Part shown: piece after piece, positions 44,951 to 57,597 of the stretch
Position numbering within the stretch: position 1 is the first letter of the stretch
How the letters are laid out: the number at the start of each line of letters is the position of its first letter
NCBI GenBank assembly: GCA_965655095.1
Contig: OZ296652.1
Coordinates: forward strand, 55,552,001-55,616,000
Direction: 5' to 3'
DNA from: Haplodiscus bocki
Taxonomy: Eukaryota
Length of the DNA: 64,000 nt
Translations under genes and position numbers: made by a program
Notes under the pieces: generated by a model
Seen by the model: only the letters and a program-made list of their open reading frames with translations
Databases searched by the model: none
Told to the model about the DNA's origin: nothing

Positions 44951-46018
44951 TAATGTCCTGAACTTTAATTCATCCCGTTCAAATGAAGGTCTATTTTCGA
45001 ATCATCTTTTTTTCTGAAGTGAGATAACCTGTAAATTGCCTGTTAGAAAAAAGAAACCTTATTGATGACGTTTGCTTTTCGGCAGTTTCCCAATTTGTTG
45101 CTCGAATGAGTTTTGAAAGCTCTCCTAAGCGATTTTCTTCCTTTTTTTGCGTTTGCATCCTAACCGAGTATGAAAGTTCGCCTTCAAATTAGTTCAATTT
45201 TTAATCGTAGCTCTGAAAACAAGCAATTGCTGAATCACTTGAGAGCCTCGAGGTACCAAATACACGTACACTGCAAATAGAACACGAAAACACCTAGTGG
45301 CAAAAAGTGTATTTTCAGGTACGAAGGGTTCTTCTGCGCGAGAAAAAAATCGCAAATTCTGGTTCCCTCCTGCATTTCTCAGGTAATCGAACCAATTTAT
45401 ATTGGAAATTGTCCAGAGTGAGTTGCGTTCATCCGTTTCAACTGTTTCAACTCTCTCTCCGTTTGCAAAGTCTTTGAACACTTTGTTCCATCAAAGAAAA
45501 GGAGGAAGGAAATCACATGAATTTACTTCGGAGACTTGTCAATTAAAATTCCATATTAGTCATCATCCTTCAAAAACATTTTGAGTTCCTAGGTTTGGTA
45601 CCCACTATGTGCACTTTGCTTTTGATGTAGAGCCACAAATGACGACCTTTTTCAGTAGTTATTTAGCACAGGAAGCAAATTGGTGCTTGTCGTGTCATCA
45701 TTTTGTAGTAGATCAAACAGTTGGACTTCAACGACTCCATTTGAATTCAACCATCACCTTCTTCGTACCTGCTTCTGAACACCAATTTTTTCAGAACGAC
45801 AGCACTGAATCATTCACAGACCTCACGCTGAGCAGGAAAACGGGGTTGATGCAAGTGATTTCTCTGACTGATAGGTTTAGTAACTGGAATTAAATTAACG
45901 GCCAATCATCCAGCTCCAACAAGAAATAATTTTTTTAAAAAGGTGGACATCAACTAATTAACAGGATTAAGACCACCACTTGGAAAAAAATGGCCGAATA
46001 TAATCAGAAATACACTTC

Positions 46019-46190
46019 NNNNNNNNNNNNNNNNNNNNNNNNNNNNNNNNNNNNNNNNNNNNNNNNNNNNNNNNNNNNNNNNNNNNNNNNNNNNNNNNNN
46101 NNNNNNNNNNNNNNNNNNNNNNNNNNNNNNNNNNNNNNNNNNNNNNNNNNNNNNNNNNNNNNNNNNNNNNNNNNNNNNNNNNNNNNNNNN
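46019..46190. other. Assembly gap (172 N)
   Basis: Run of N. Confidence 1.
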
Positions 46191-46329
46191 CCCAGGTCAA
46201 TTATTCGAAATTTGTGTTTTCAAAAAAAATTCCTGCTTTGATTCCGCCGGAATTGAATCAGTTTATCAAATTTAGCAGCTTTCAACAGTTTTCAATTCAG
46301 GAACTGTTACCCAGCTGAAACTCAACTTG

Positions 46330-49300
46330 AATTTACTGGAGTTCCAAATATCGGCGTCAATTGATTGAGCTTGAAAGGTTTGCATAAATTATGAGACGGC
46401 CGTCTATTGCTTATATCCACTGGTCTCACATTCAAGGCCCTTAGAGATTTATATAGGCCACTATAAACATAAGGGGAATCTGGCAACTGGCCTTCGAAAT
46501 TTGTGAATGATGTCGGGTGTTTTATACACATTGTCTTAACCTTTAAACGGGATAACTATTTTTTCCATTAATTCTTCTCCTAGAGTCATGTTACTTGTTG
46601 CTTTACCCACTTTTTTCAGAACAAAAAAACATGTTTGGTATTTGAATCCACATTCTCGCGAAGGGCCAAATGATTTCCACTGGAAGGCAGAAGATGCTAA
46701 GTACTTTCTCTAATTGTTAATGTCTCCACTTTGCCAACACAACAAAAAAGGCAACTTTCATCATTAGGATTTTCTGATCAAGTCGAACAGGCCGTGACGT
46801 CAAGATCAATTCTCTTTGTTGAAGCAGAGTGTATAATTTCTCAGATGCGAAGATTTTCTTTCCGATCATTTTTTCTATATGAAGATTTGCACTTCTCATA
46901 ACAAACTCAAAAAAAAACACCAAAGTATGTGGTCCTTGGAAGAGGGAAGTATCATTCAGTTTTCAGGTCCGCAGCTTCAGCTTGTAGAGAAGTGTCTTGT
47001 TCAGTTTTCAAAGTCTGTTGAAATGTCAAATTTTCGGTCTAAGATTCAATGAAATTTCTGTCGTTGTCAGTGTATATGGTTTTAGTAGAAGCTCGAATGG
47101 AGACAAACCTTTTCATTGCTGCAATAATTGCTGGTGTAACAAAATCTGAAGATAAGTCCAAATACACAACTTTGACGGTAAAACAGACGACGAGGCCAAC
47201 AAGTGACTATTCAACTATCCGGGGCTTTTGCTGTTCTTTTACGGAAAAAGTTCCAACCAAATTACTTCCAGTAAACTCAATTGACCCTGGAAGAATAGTA
47301 AGCTGGGTTTCAGGTAAGTCCGCCACTAGCGGGTATATTCGTATTAAGATTAAACCAAAGACATCTCAAACAGTTTACAAATATTTTTCAGACAATATAC
47401 CGATAGCTCAAGATCCGAAAGTTTCTTATATTGTAGGTAAAGACTTAGTTGCTGAATCAAAGCCATGTTGACTGATGGGCTGGTATTAAAACTAGACCCG
47501 CCAGAAGGCTTCTTTGTGGGGTATATCTCAGATGCCTGCTCCCGTAAGGAAGATTTGCTTTTGCTAATCTGCTTCCCTACGACCCCATTTAATTCACTTG
47601 GAGACAATTTCAAAAATATGCCATTTTGTTTTGTTTTTGTCTCATTTCGACGGATTTCAACCTTCTCACAATAAAACTTCACTTGCTCCTGCTGGAGAAG
47701 CATCATTGATAGATCTATCAATCGCACGTCGTTATGTAATTTCAAATTTTCTTAAAGTCTTTCCTCAAAATTGAAATAGAAAGTTTAACAAAAGCAAGTG
47801 TGCTGAGAAACTGTCAAAAAAGCTTATGTTGGCAAAGATCGACACCGTCCTTGTTAGAGATTCGAGCTTTGAAAAAGGAAAACAAACCAGTTATGGCAGT
47901 TGTTTTAATTTAATTCTCCGGAAATTTCTGTTGGTAGAAGCGTATCTATAAATACTCCCATATTCAACCTTCTTTACATTTCCGCCTCAGACCCTCATTT
48001 GGAACATAAATGGGAAGAAACTTTCTAGAAGCAGGATCTTTTGGGTTTTGCTCCAAAGACATAAGATTCTAAGGTATAATAGAGTCACCTTGGATCACAG
48101 AAAGACGCTTCAAAACATTTATTTATCAACAAAAAGTTTCTCCTGTCAATCAACATAAATAAATTGTCAGCTCAGTCAGTCCAAATTTACCTTTCAATTA
48201 CTGTTATGCCAGATTGAGATACTGTTTTGCATACACAACTTCTAGAACAGCTACTCAAAAATTCCGCACAAACTTCTATTTTTGGACTGCATATTGACTT
48301 CAAGGTTGCTAGCTTTGTTTTAGCGACAACCTTCCACCTGCCTTCAAAAGTAGTGGCAACAGCAAATACACAAGCAATATAGGCTTTTTTAAAGCATAAA
48401 GAAAAATTCAAGTTCGATTGAGTCGAAGAATCTCTCTATTGAGGCAAAATGTAACAATTGCAGTTCTCCCAGGTGGTTTAGTTTTGATCGCTAAGTTTAG
48501 TAGACATGAGCAAGGTAGAGGTGTCCTACTCATCTATTCTAACACCATTTATTCGTGCTTTTTGATTGTGCTGTTTAAGATAAACAGTTGTTGTTTAAAA
48601 ATGTCAATAAGCCTTTTTCTTTTTGTGATTGCTTAGTTCTCGGAATTTCTCTATCCAAATAAAAAATTAGGAACACAAAAAAGTCTTGACTGGCTTTGCC
48701 GAAGATACCGAGTGTCCTTAATATGTGGTATGTGTTTATAACTTCAATCTTTCTTTTGCCTCTTCACCTTTTTGTGGAAAGATGGACGGTTAATGGGTTT
48801 TCGATTGAGTTCCACTTTTTCAAGCCAAAGTTTTCCTGTTTTAGTATTTCTATTAATTGGTTTTGCAGGAGTTTTGCCTGTGCATCTGAAAATTCTCCGT
48901 TGAACATGTGGTCTACGTAAAAATCCTGTTGTATTTCTCTTCGAACTTCAGTTGAAACTTTTCTAAATTGTGAGCAATCAAATAGCGACCTTATTGAATG
49001 ATTTGATGAAGAGACCTCGCCTTTTCTGATCCGTTTCTTGTTACATGTATTGTTCGGTTGACACGTGGCGAGGCGCCAAGAAATACGATAAAATTTTCCG
49101 TCTTTTTCGGGATACTCAACTAACCCATATATATTTTTTACTCCGATAGAAGATGATCCCATGTAGATTGATACTCTTAGGAGACTGCTAAAATGTTTTT
49201 TGAGGCTTCGTACCCACACTTGGATAGTCCCTTTGAAGAAAAATGATGCAGTTGCCACGGCTGCATCAAAAACAACAAGATTTTTGTAGTTGAGGCATCC

Positions 49301-51300
49301 TCTTGCATTAAACAGTGGTAAAGACAGTAGAGATGCGGAATCTTCAAAAATCTAAGGTCAATAAACTAATAACTAAAAGCTGAGTACAGCTGGTATGATG
49401 TTCCATTGCAACAAAGAGACCTTTCAAGATTGTAGAGACCTTTGATTGCGTTTGCTAAAACTTAACTGATGATGTCCTTCCTTTCCTTGAAAGTCCAACG
49501 AAAGAGGAACCAAGCCCTGTCATTACGTTCCGTTTTGCTGTCAAAATGTTGCTCGCAGCCACGCTTGACCATAGTTACGTTTGATGTTTAAGGATTGTTG
49601 TCAACTTCCCAAGAGTTGAGAAGAAGCTGATCCCAATCAGCTAGTGTTGCCAAAACCAAAAGTGTTCCGACGCTATCACTATCAGCGGTGACAACAAGAT
49701 CGGAAAAGCCCATCTAGGAAACGTTTCGGGAAACTCAGGCCAATGTCTTCAATTTAATTGCGTAACAAAGCGTCTTTAACTACTTGTGGGTCCGATATTA
49801 GGTCAATTTTATCTAAAGGATTGAAGCTAAGTTTTGACCTTGTCCATGTTTGAGCTGAGAAGTAACTATCCGTTTGTCTGATTCTGCAATTTTTCGATAC
49901 GAGATTCAGCGTGACATCAAGTGCATAACTCATCAATGCAGACGCTATTCCACAAGTTTCCTCAGAAAAAGCAGAGCCCAATGTCCTGACAGCGACTACG
50001 TTTTATATCCTGGGGAGCATGAGAGTTTTAGCAGTCTCTTCTGAAATGAAAAGCCTGTGAGCCAGAATCAAGAGGAACGCGAGGCTTTCGGCGGGTTCCT
50101 ATTGAATTTGGGTCTAAAACAATTCCGGTAGAGAGCAACACTGTGTTGAGTTTGTTATGGGCAACGCGATGTCCATTGGTGGACTTCAAGGGAACCCGAT
50201 CTGCAAGACTTCGAATTTTTGCTTGATTGGTCATCATCAAATTCTGCGTCGTCAAATTTATGTATTAAATTGTAACACCTGGAACCCCAAAAAAGCAGCA
50301 TTTAGTGCTTCAGTTTTACAATCACGAAATCGGAGTTTTGAAGGACATGCACTTCATGAATGGCAACATTGAAAACAATTGAAACAGAGCTTTCTGTATT
50401 TTTTTGTAGAAACTGATTCATGTTCGTTGAAGACAGTCTTTTGAAACAAAAACATGCGAAAAGACGGTGATCATCCTAGCAATCATTGCTTGATGTACGG
50501 GAGACAGCGTAATTTTGAATACGTCTGGGTATGATCTGAATACATTGGTTACTAGTATTTATCGCACTCACTTGCGGTGAGACCTTCACAACACCCGTTT
50601 CAAGTGAGGGGGTTCTTGTTTCTGAAAAGCTGAAAAGTTTTGCCTATTTCAATACAATAATTCAAAGATGGTCCAGTCGCCAATAATTTTGTGACTCTTG
50701 AACCCTGTTGTTCGATAAAACGAAGACCAAGAAGGAGTCTCAGTTATGACGCTGTTGGAATAGTTCAACGAGCGCTCCAAAATGCTCACTTTTTAATTCC
50801 GACAACTTCACCAGACCACCTGAAGTGTCAAATTTGATTGATGCTCGAGACGAAATTGTCTGCAGTTAAACCTGGTTGCTAAAGTTTTTCGTTTTCGTAC
50901 CTGTCTTTCGAAAGTGTCATAGCAAGGTTGTATTTAAAATCGATTTTTGATATTGAGCCTAATAAGTTACTTGTCTCTCCTTTCGCACAAGTAAAGCAGT
51001 TTCTCAAGATTAAATAACTGCAGATTGGAAAGACCTGATGCAATCAAGAGATCCGAGAAAATCAACCAACCAAAATTAGATTTCGTAAAACTCGATGATT
51101 GGAGCTCCGGAATTCTCAATTGAAACGAAGTTGTTCAGGTTTGACTTATTGATTGTGTTGATATGATGCTCTCAGTTTTTTAATAGACCTTCTTTTAGTT
51201 TTTGATAAGTGCTGACAAACGTGCTATTGCAATGCTAGCAGAAACCTGAAATGCATTTGACTGATGAAGCTGATTTTTTAGTCCCTCCTATAAATTAATG
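46330..51300 (-). mobile_element. Degenerate BEL/Pao LTR retrotransposon (gag-PR-RT-RH-IN order)
   Basis: Protease VLLSTGIV...RVPLDSGSQ (50028-50255), RT FYVDHMFNG...FGLKKWNS (48764-49258), RNase H KKAYIACVF...AKTKLATLKSICSPKIE (48187-48411) and integrase VVCFTVKVVYLDL...KRFVSIRASTKTIYTDNDRNF (~47050-47190). Confidence 0.8.
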
Positions 51301-51899
51301 GACCAGTAAATTTGAGCATAGACGCTAAGTTTTGCAAGAGTCTTGTTTTGCAGGGTTTTAGTCAATGCTCCAGATTTGGTCAGTTTACTTGGCATAGCTT
51401 TCGATGTGCCAGTACACCCATCTAATTTTTGTTTCATTCTAGTGGAGGCATCTTTCTGCCTGCCTCTCATCTCAATTTTGTTTGCTTACTTTTTTTCAGT
51501 GGCAGGTTCGAGTAGTTTTAATGCCAAATAGTTTTATTTATTTGCTAAATCTTGGATCACTGGACAAATAATGGCATTAGGAACAAGAGATGAAAGAAAA
51601 ATTTAATCTCTGAGCCAATCGTTAAACTACCACATCGAACGAAACTCAAAGAACGAGAAATTTTCAGACATGGTTTTCCTTGAGACTGTTTCTTGCTTGG
51701 ACTTATTGTGTTCTGACAAGGGGCCTCGAGAATGTTCTGCTGATCCAAGACTGTGAAGAGACACTTTAGTTCGAGTTCGTTGTGTCGAAGAAGCTCAACG
51801 TATTCATTCGAAATAGATGTGCAGTTCTGGTATTGCGGAGATATCAGTTTTTCAGTCAGGCGAAAACAAATCAATCTCTATTCTCGGAGAACGCAAAAG

Positions 51900-54800
51900 G
51901 TGTCTGTGGCACTATTTCTTTCACAATACATCATTGCTGCCATTTTTTATTTGTATTTAGAGGGGGCTTCAAATTTTTTTGAGAAAAATGGGGTTTGGTT
52001 TCTCGTGTGAAATGCTCTGAGAAAAGTATTTAAAAGCTCTTGTAAACTGAAAAGATAATTTTTTTTCTCAAAGGGTAACAAAACAGACAATTTTTGACGG
52101 GTTTAGTTAACGTTGGATTTCAAAAACCCGCAAAAAGTGGCTGTAACAAATTTTTTCAGCATCTGCTGTTCCTCGAAATCTAAAATCTGTTTTGCTCGCC
52201 TCAGTGACGTTGCACCCAAAACAATGATCATGGGTTTCAAACTCATAGAAATTTTGATTTAGGCAATTTCTTTGCTTCTTGTAGTAGCAAATTTGTTTCT
52301 TCGTACCGGCGATACTGAAAACTGGCTATATATCCTGCAAATTGACTGTTTACACATAGTCCGGAACAATGTTCTGTACCCATTTATTCAGATGCTCTTT
52401 AGTTTGAACACAAATGGCCAAGACGAGACCAGTTGGTTCCCTATCAATAAAAAAGTCAATGCTACACTGTAGAACAACAGGCAATGTTGTTTTTGTCAGC
52501 CTATAGTAGTTGGACTACGACGGGTTGTCAACGCTTGAGTCAAATGATCCTATGAAAAATGTTTGCGGTCCAGCTTTTTCGTAAGCAGCTTAAGCGGTGA
52601 TGCCAAGATTCATGGAGGCGTATCCTTTAGCTATGAATGTCTACACGTTCGTTCGGGAAGATGGCAAGTTGGACATACCAGTGAGCCTCAAAAATAACTC
52701 TGTCGAAAGCTGTCAAAAAACAGTTTCCAAGTTTTGCAAAGCTTGCAGGTGTATCAGGCGACTGTAGATATGACTCGAGCAACTGAGATGTTCAGTGATT
52801 TTTTAAACTCCCAACCAATAGATGATACCATTGGACACGTAATCATTGCTAATAACGCGCCATGTTAGTTGCTAACATTACCAACGCTCTTCTGATTCAG
52901 TCAATTTGCCAGTTGTGTCTGAAGGACGACTGTTCCGAGAATCCGACAGGACTCATTCAATCTTCCGTGGACCAATTCAAATACTGAGATGAGAACAAGT
53001 CAGTGATGACTTTTCAAGGGAACAAGATACATTCGTTCAGGGAACAAGAAAAAATTCGGAATCTGGCTTGAAAATCCCTTCTTCTGCAATCAATTAAACT
53101 ACTCATACTACACCAATCAGGAACTGAATGTGTTATTGAATGGCTATAAGATCTAAAATGCACGAAGATTTAAAAGGAAAAGGATCTAAGCTTGACCAAG
53201 ATGCAAGACTGGGATCCAAGTTTTTACGTAATTGGAGGTCCGAGACAACAAAAATAGCTTTTCGTACAGAGCTATTCCGAATAGATTTTAATCATTTTTG
53301 CGTACAAAGAACCGTCTTTAAAACGCCTCGAACTGTTCCTATAGTTAAATTTCCTCCATTTTTTCCAGAACAATCCAACAATACTTAATTGTTGTCTGGT
53401 ATAGCAGTAATCAAAATCATCGACGCCTTCGTCAAAGATGTCACATCCATAGGTTCCGCAGGGCATAAAGATTGACTTGAGGAAGCGATTGTATAAAATT
53501 AGAGAAAACCTCGAGAGGTAAGGTTCCACATAGAGCGAAATATTGGCCTTGAGTGCTCTCGCCCTTGTGTGTTGTAAATGTTGCCTCGCAGAGAGCGTTG
53601 CTGATAACAGAACTCCGAGATCGGAGAAGTTGTTCAATGGCTCGAATTTTTGACTGTTGTACCGGAGTCGTTTTTTTCCGAGTTTGAAATTTTCAGTCTT
53701 GACTGACGTGTTTTTCAGACCAGTACTTTTCCAATACTCTCAAAACGTGCTGTGCATTGTCAAAAACCGTTTAAACAATTGCTAAGTTGTCCATCTTGAA
53801 AAACTTTCTGCATTCTGTTTTGCTTAGGAGGCTTGCCATATTCGCAGGAAACACTAGAAATGACGAAGGTGAGAGTTTATCCTCCTGTGGTACAGCGAGA
53901 CCAGTTGATTTTTCTCCGGACAACAGTGTTCTAACAACAGAATTCTAATAACAGTGTTTTCTAGCACGGAGAGCTTGGCCCACTTCAATTGTTCTCCGAA
54001 TCCAACTGATAATAGTTTTGTCAACAACTCTTTTTTACAAGAGCTATTGAAAACTAATTTGAAGCCCGCAAAGAAAAAATAGTATGAACCCGAAAGAAGA
54101 AGTTCTTCAGATATGACATCCTCGAATGTGGTGACAACTTGTGAACTGGATTGCCCTCTGAACCACAACTGTTCCAGAGCAGTTACCTTACAGTATTTTG
54201 ACCAAAAAAAAATAGATTTCACTCATGAATGCATTGTATGCTTCGTGGCTGTCTGTTTGATGTTTGAAAGACTAAATGATCAATTAATGCAAACACATTG
54301 TTCTAACTAGTTTGGTTGATTTTGGTTGCTCGAAGAACCCGGTTTTTTGTACCCTTCAGGGTGTGTTGTTCATGTTTTTGCTCCTGGAGGGGAGTTTCCA
54401 GTTGTCTTTGAGGTTTACATAGGTTTTGGTTGAACCAGGATTTGGATTCGAGGAAATTTCGGTTCAGTTGGCACATTTTCAGTTGTTTATACAGAGTTTG
54501 GCATCCGGTTTTCATATCTGATTTTGGTGCGCATTCATCCAGATTCCGAAATGATATTTCAGCTTCACTGTGTGCAACCGTCTTAATGCAGATGTTCCGG
54601 CAACCCATTTTTGGAACATTTGCAATTGTTAAAGCCAAAAATCGCTGAAGTTTCCGAAAATTCGATAATTACACCGATGATTCCGACATTTTATTTAAAT
54701 CGAGAGTCACATACACGAGGTCAATTACATTTTTGCCATTTGGTGCACTGTGCGTATGTGCATTAGTGTACAGTCCAGGCCATGGTCCAAAGTGGTGGAG

Positions 54801-55760
54801 CTTTTCTATTAATTGCCTTCCACTGCCATCGTCAAAATCTATTTGGCACTTGAGGTACCCTCAACGGAGACTTCGGGCATTCAAATATGGAGTGGTAAAG
54901 TCTAATCTGTCGCTCACGTGTGTTTGTGGAGAGAAGTACCTTGCTGTGAGGAAATTGATGATTCCCGAATTTGTAGTGTGATTGAAAGCATATGATCTGA
55001 TTTCTTGACGCTGTTGAATTTACAACAGGTCTTGAGTCTTATCAGGGTGACAGTAGGTCTTCTTACAGGCCTTTACTTTTCTCAGCTTTTCTGCTCAGCG
55101 GTTGATCTGATATTTGATTCTGACATCTGCCATTTGTACAAGAAGCATTTGGCTGCCAACTTCTCTTCGCTCTGAGGAAACGTGATGGGTTGATAGTTGA
55201 TCCCAAGCTCCGTGATAACCTTTTCCGCGACCTCTTGCTTTGCTAAAGTTTCGCTTCTAGGGGGTTGACAATCAGAGTGCACTCTTTAAACTTTGGCTTC
55301 TTTCCAGCAGTGTGAATTTCATTCAAGATTTTTGCTCTGTTTTCCCCTTCCACTCTGACTTCATCCTGTCGATTCTGGAAATATTCTGTGAACAAAAAGT
55401 CCACAAATACAGTTCAACCCATGATTTTTCTGTACTTTCCCAGAAATATAGGACATTTGCAATTTTTGAGATTATATATGTTTTGGACAAAAGTAACTCT
55501 TTCTCTTCGATAGGATGGGCCAGTTTCATGTTCGCAAATCTTTTCAAATTTCTTCGACACGCTACAGAAAAAAACTAAAGGCTGGAGACATTGTGTATCG
55601 GAAAGGCAATACACGCTCACTTCATTGGCAACTTGACAGACTGTGTTGTATCCACAGTGCCTCATATAACTTCGTTAGAGACAGGAAAGTGAGAGAATTG
55701 AATGGGATCTGCAATCAACCTGTTCAAAAACTGCAGAACGCCTTGGAAGCCTAAACAAGT
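51900..55760 (+). mobile_element. Degenerate BEL/Pao integrase region, interrupted by a LINE
   Basis: Integrase-like LDYDG (~52512) and later core remnants to ~53050. The BEL C-terminal tail LKAGDIVYRK...WQL...VR...G...PVQKL is at 55515-55754. Confidence 0.6.
53200..55300 (-). mobile_element. Degenerate non-LTR retrotransposon (APE-RT LINE)
   Basis: APE end VIDLVYVT (~54705-54728), WFNQNLC linker, RT remnants FRGQSS...ELLTKL (53854-54222) and thumb region SDLGVLLSATLS..QHL...ALKA...PCGTYG (53272-53637). Confidence 0.65.
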
Positions 55761-57597
55761 GATGCTTCTGAGTCGGAACTATTGTTTCTGAAAATATTCT
55801 CTACAATGCACAACGCTTTGGTTGACTAGCTGTTGAACGTTGTTAGTTTCTTTAGTTTGACTACTTCCCTGCGAAATCAAGGCATGGTTTATGTTCAAAC
55901 TTTTTGTTCATCGGGAACTGAACTAACCTTCATTGTCCGGAAAAACAAACATTCTTTTCATGACGTGTGTCTGTTGGTATTTTCCCATTTCCATGCTCAA
56001 GTCAGCTTCGAAAGCTCCCCTACTCGATTTTGTTTCTTTTGAGTTTACATTCAAACGGATTAGGAAGTTCCGCATTAATTAAAGTAAATAGATTTGTCAA
56101 CCCTATCCGCGAAGACCGCTTTCAAAGCATAATTGATCAATCACTTGATAGACTTAAGGTACCAAGAAGATGAACGCTGGAAAAAGAATAAGAAGATACT
56201 GTCATGTACTGAAACATTGCTTTAGTTGAGGACAGATGAACTTGATACTTAGACTCAGAATTTCTTGTGATTTTATTGAACTTCAAATCATTTTAACTCT
56301 TTAAACCATCTTAAAAATTTATTCACCATGTTTATTTAATATTGATGAGAGCTGATCTCAAAATTAACAGCTCAGAAGAGTAATAAATGAAATATGGAAA
56401 AGGTCCTCTCACCTAACCGAAAGAGGATTGTGATCCATGCATCCAAGATTCTTTTCCGCTCGCCAAAAAACTGCTGTCTCCTATAGTGGAAAACATAAAT
56501 TATTACCTGAAAGAAAGGTTTAAAACTTAGTGCCAGCTCGGAAACAATCCAAGATGCAATACAGAGAAGAACTATCTTTTATGGGCTAAAAAGCCCGCTT
56601 GTGCTCCTTACCAGCCACCCACTGCGATCTGTTCACGTCATTCACCAAACCCAGCCACATCATTCATGTCCAGATCAAGTTCCCCGCTGAAGTTCAGTTC
56701 CACATCCACAAGGCTGCAAAACTAAAACAAGAAAAAGATCGGCAGTATCATCGAACTTTGCTAAACACTTCCAAATCATTTGCTTTGTGTCTTGGACAAC
56801 AATTTTAAAATCATTGGACGCTTCCTTTCAATGTCTGGATTGTAGAAATTTTCCTGGAGGAAATTCTGAATTGATTGTGGAGCAGCAACATTGAGTCGCA
56901 AAAAGTCGCAATTCAACACTGCTATTACGAATTTCTTTCATTGTTGTTCAATTAAGGTTCAGTTTGAACAACACGACGACACGACATTCGGATTTCAATT
57001 TTCATTCAGATGTTTGACGTGATGCTCCAAAACAATCACGAACAGTCAGTAGTGTTGGTTAGTTAAAAACCAATTTAGATGTTGTAATTTTTATGAAGCT
57101 ATAAATGTTTCATTTTTGTTCCAACTGCTTTCATTCAGCTTGATACGCCCTTTTCTTCTAATTTTTCGCTTTCAAACTTGTTTTTCTTTCAATCACTCAA
57201 ACTTTAACCTTGTTTCTTGTATTTTTTCTTATTTGAAAGTTTTGAAACTTTCCATTTTAAAAAAATTGCTTCGTAAACAACTCTGAAATTTTGAAATAGT
57301 TTTCTTGGTTAGGTGACGCTGCAGTTGTCCTCTTCGTTTCTTCTTCATCTGTTGATCTTTCCACGGTTTTTACAAAAAACTGATTAGAAAACTCGTCAAA
57401 GAACTTTCTGCAGCAACCTTTATTTTCGGGAACTTCTCTCTTGGCAAATTAACAATTTTGTTTCACAAAGAAGTTTTTTTACGATAATTTGTCGCATATT
57501 TTTCAATTTTCGCCGCTAACTTACTTAATTCAACCTATACTAACTTAATCTTTAAACCCCTCAACTTCACTTAATCTTAACTTCAAAGCTCTATTCA

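Noticed and set aside
47049-47471. 140-aa plus-strand ORF
   Set aside because: It is the antisense shadow of the minus-strand BEL integrase remnant.
55760-57590. Possible LTRs of the neighbouring BEL or Gypsy elements
   Set aside because: No second copy lies within the window to define boundaries, and no clear primer-binding site was identified.
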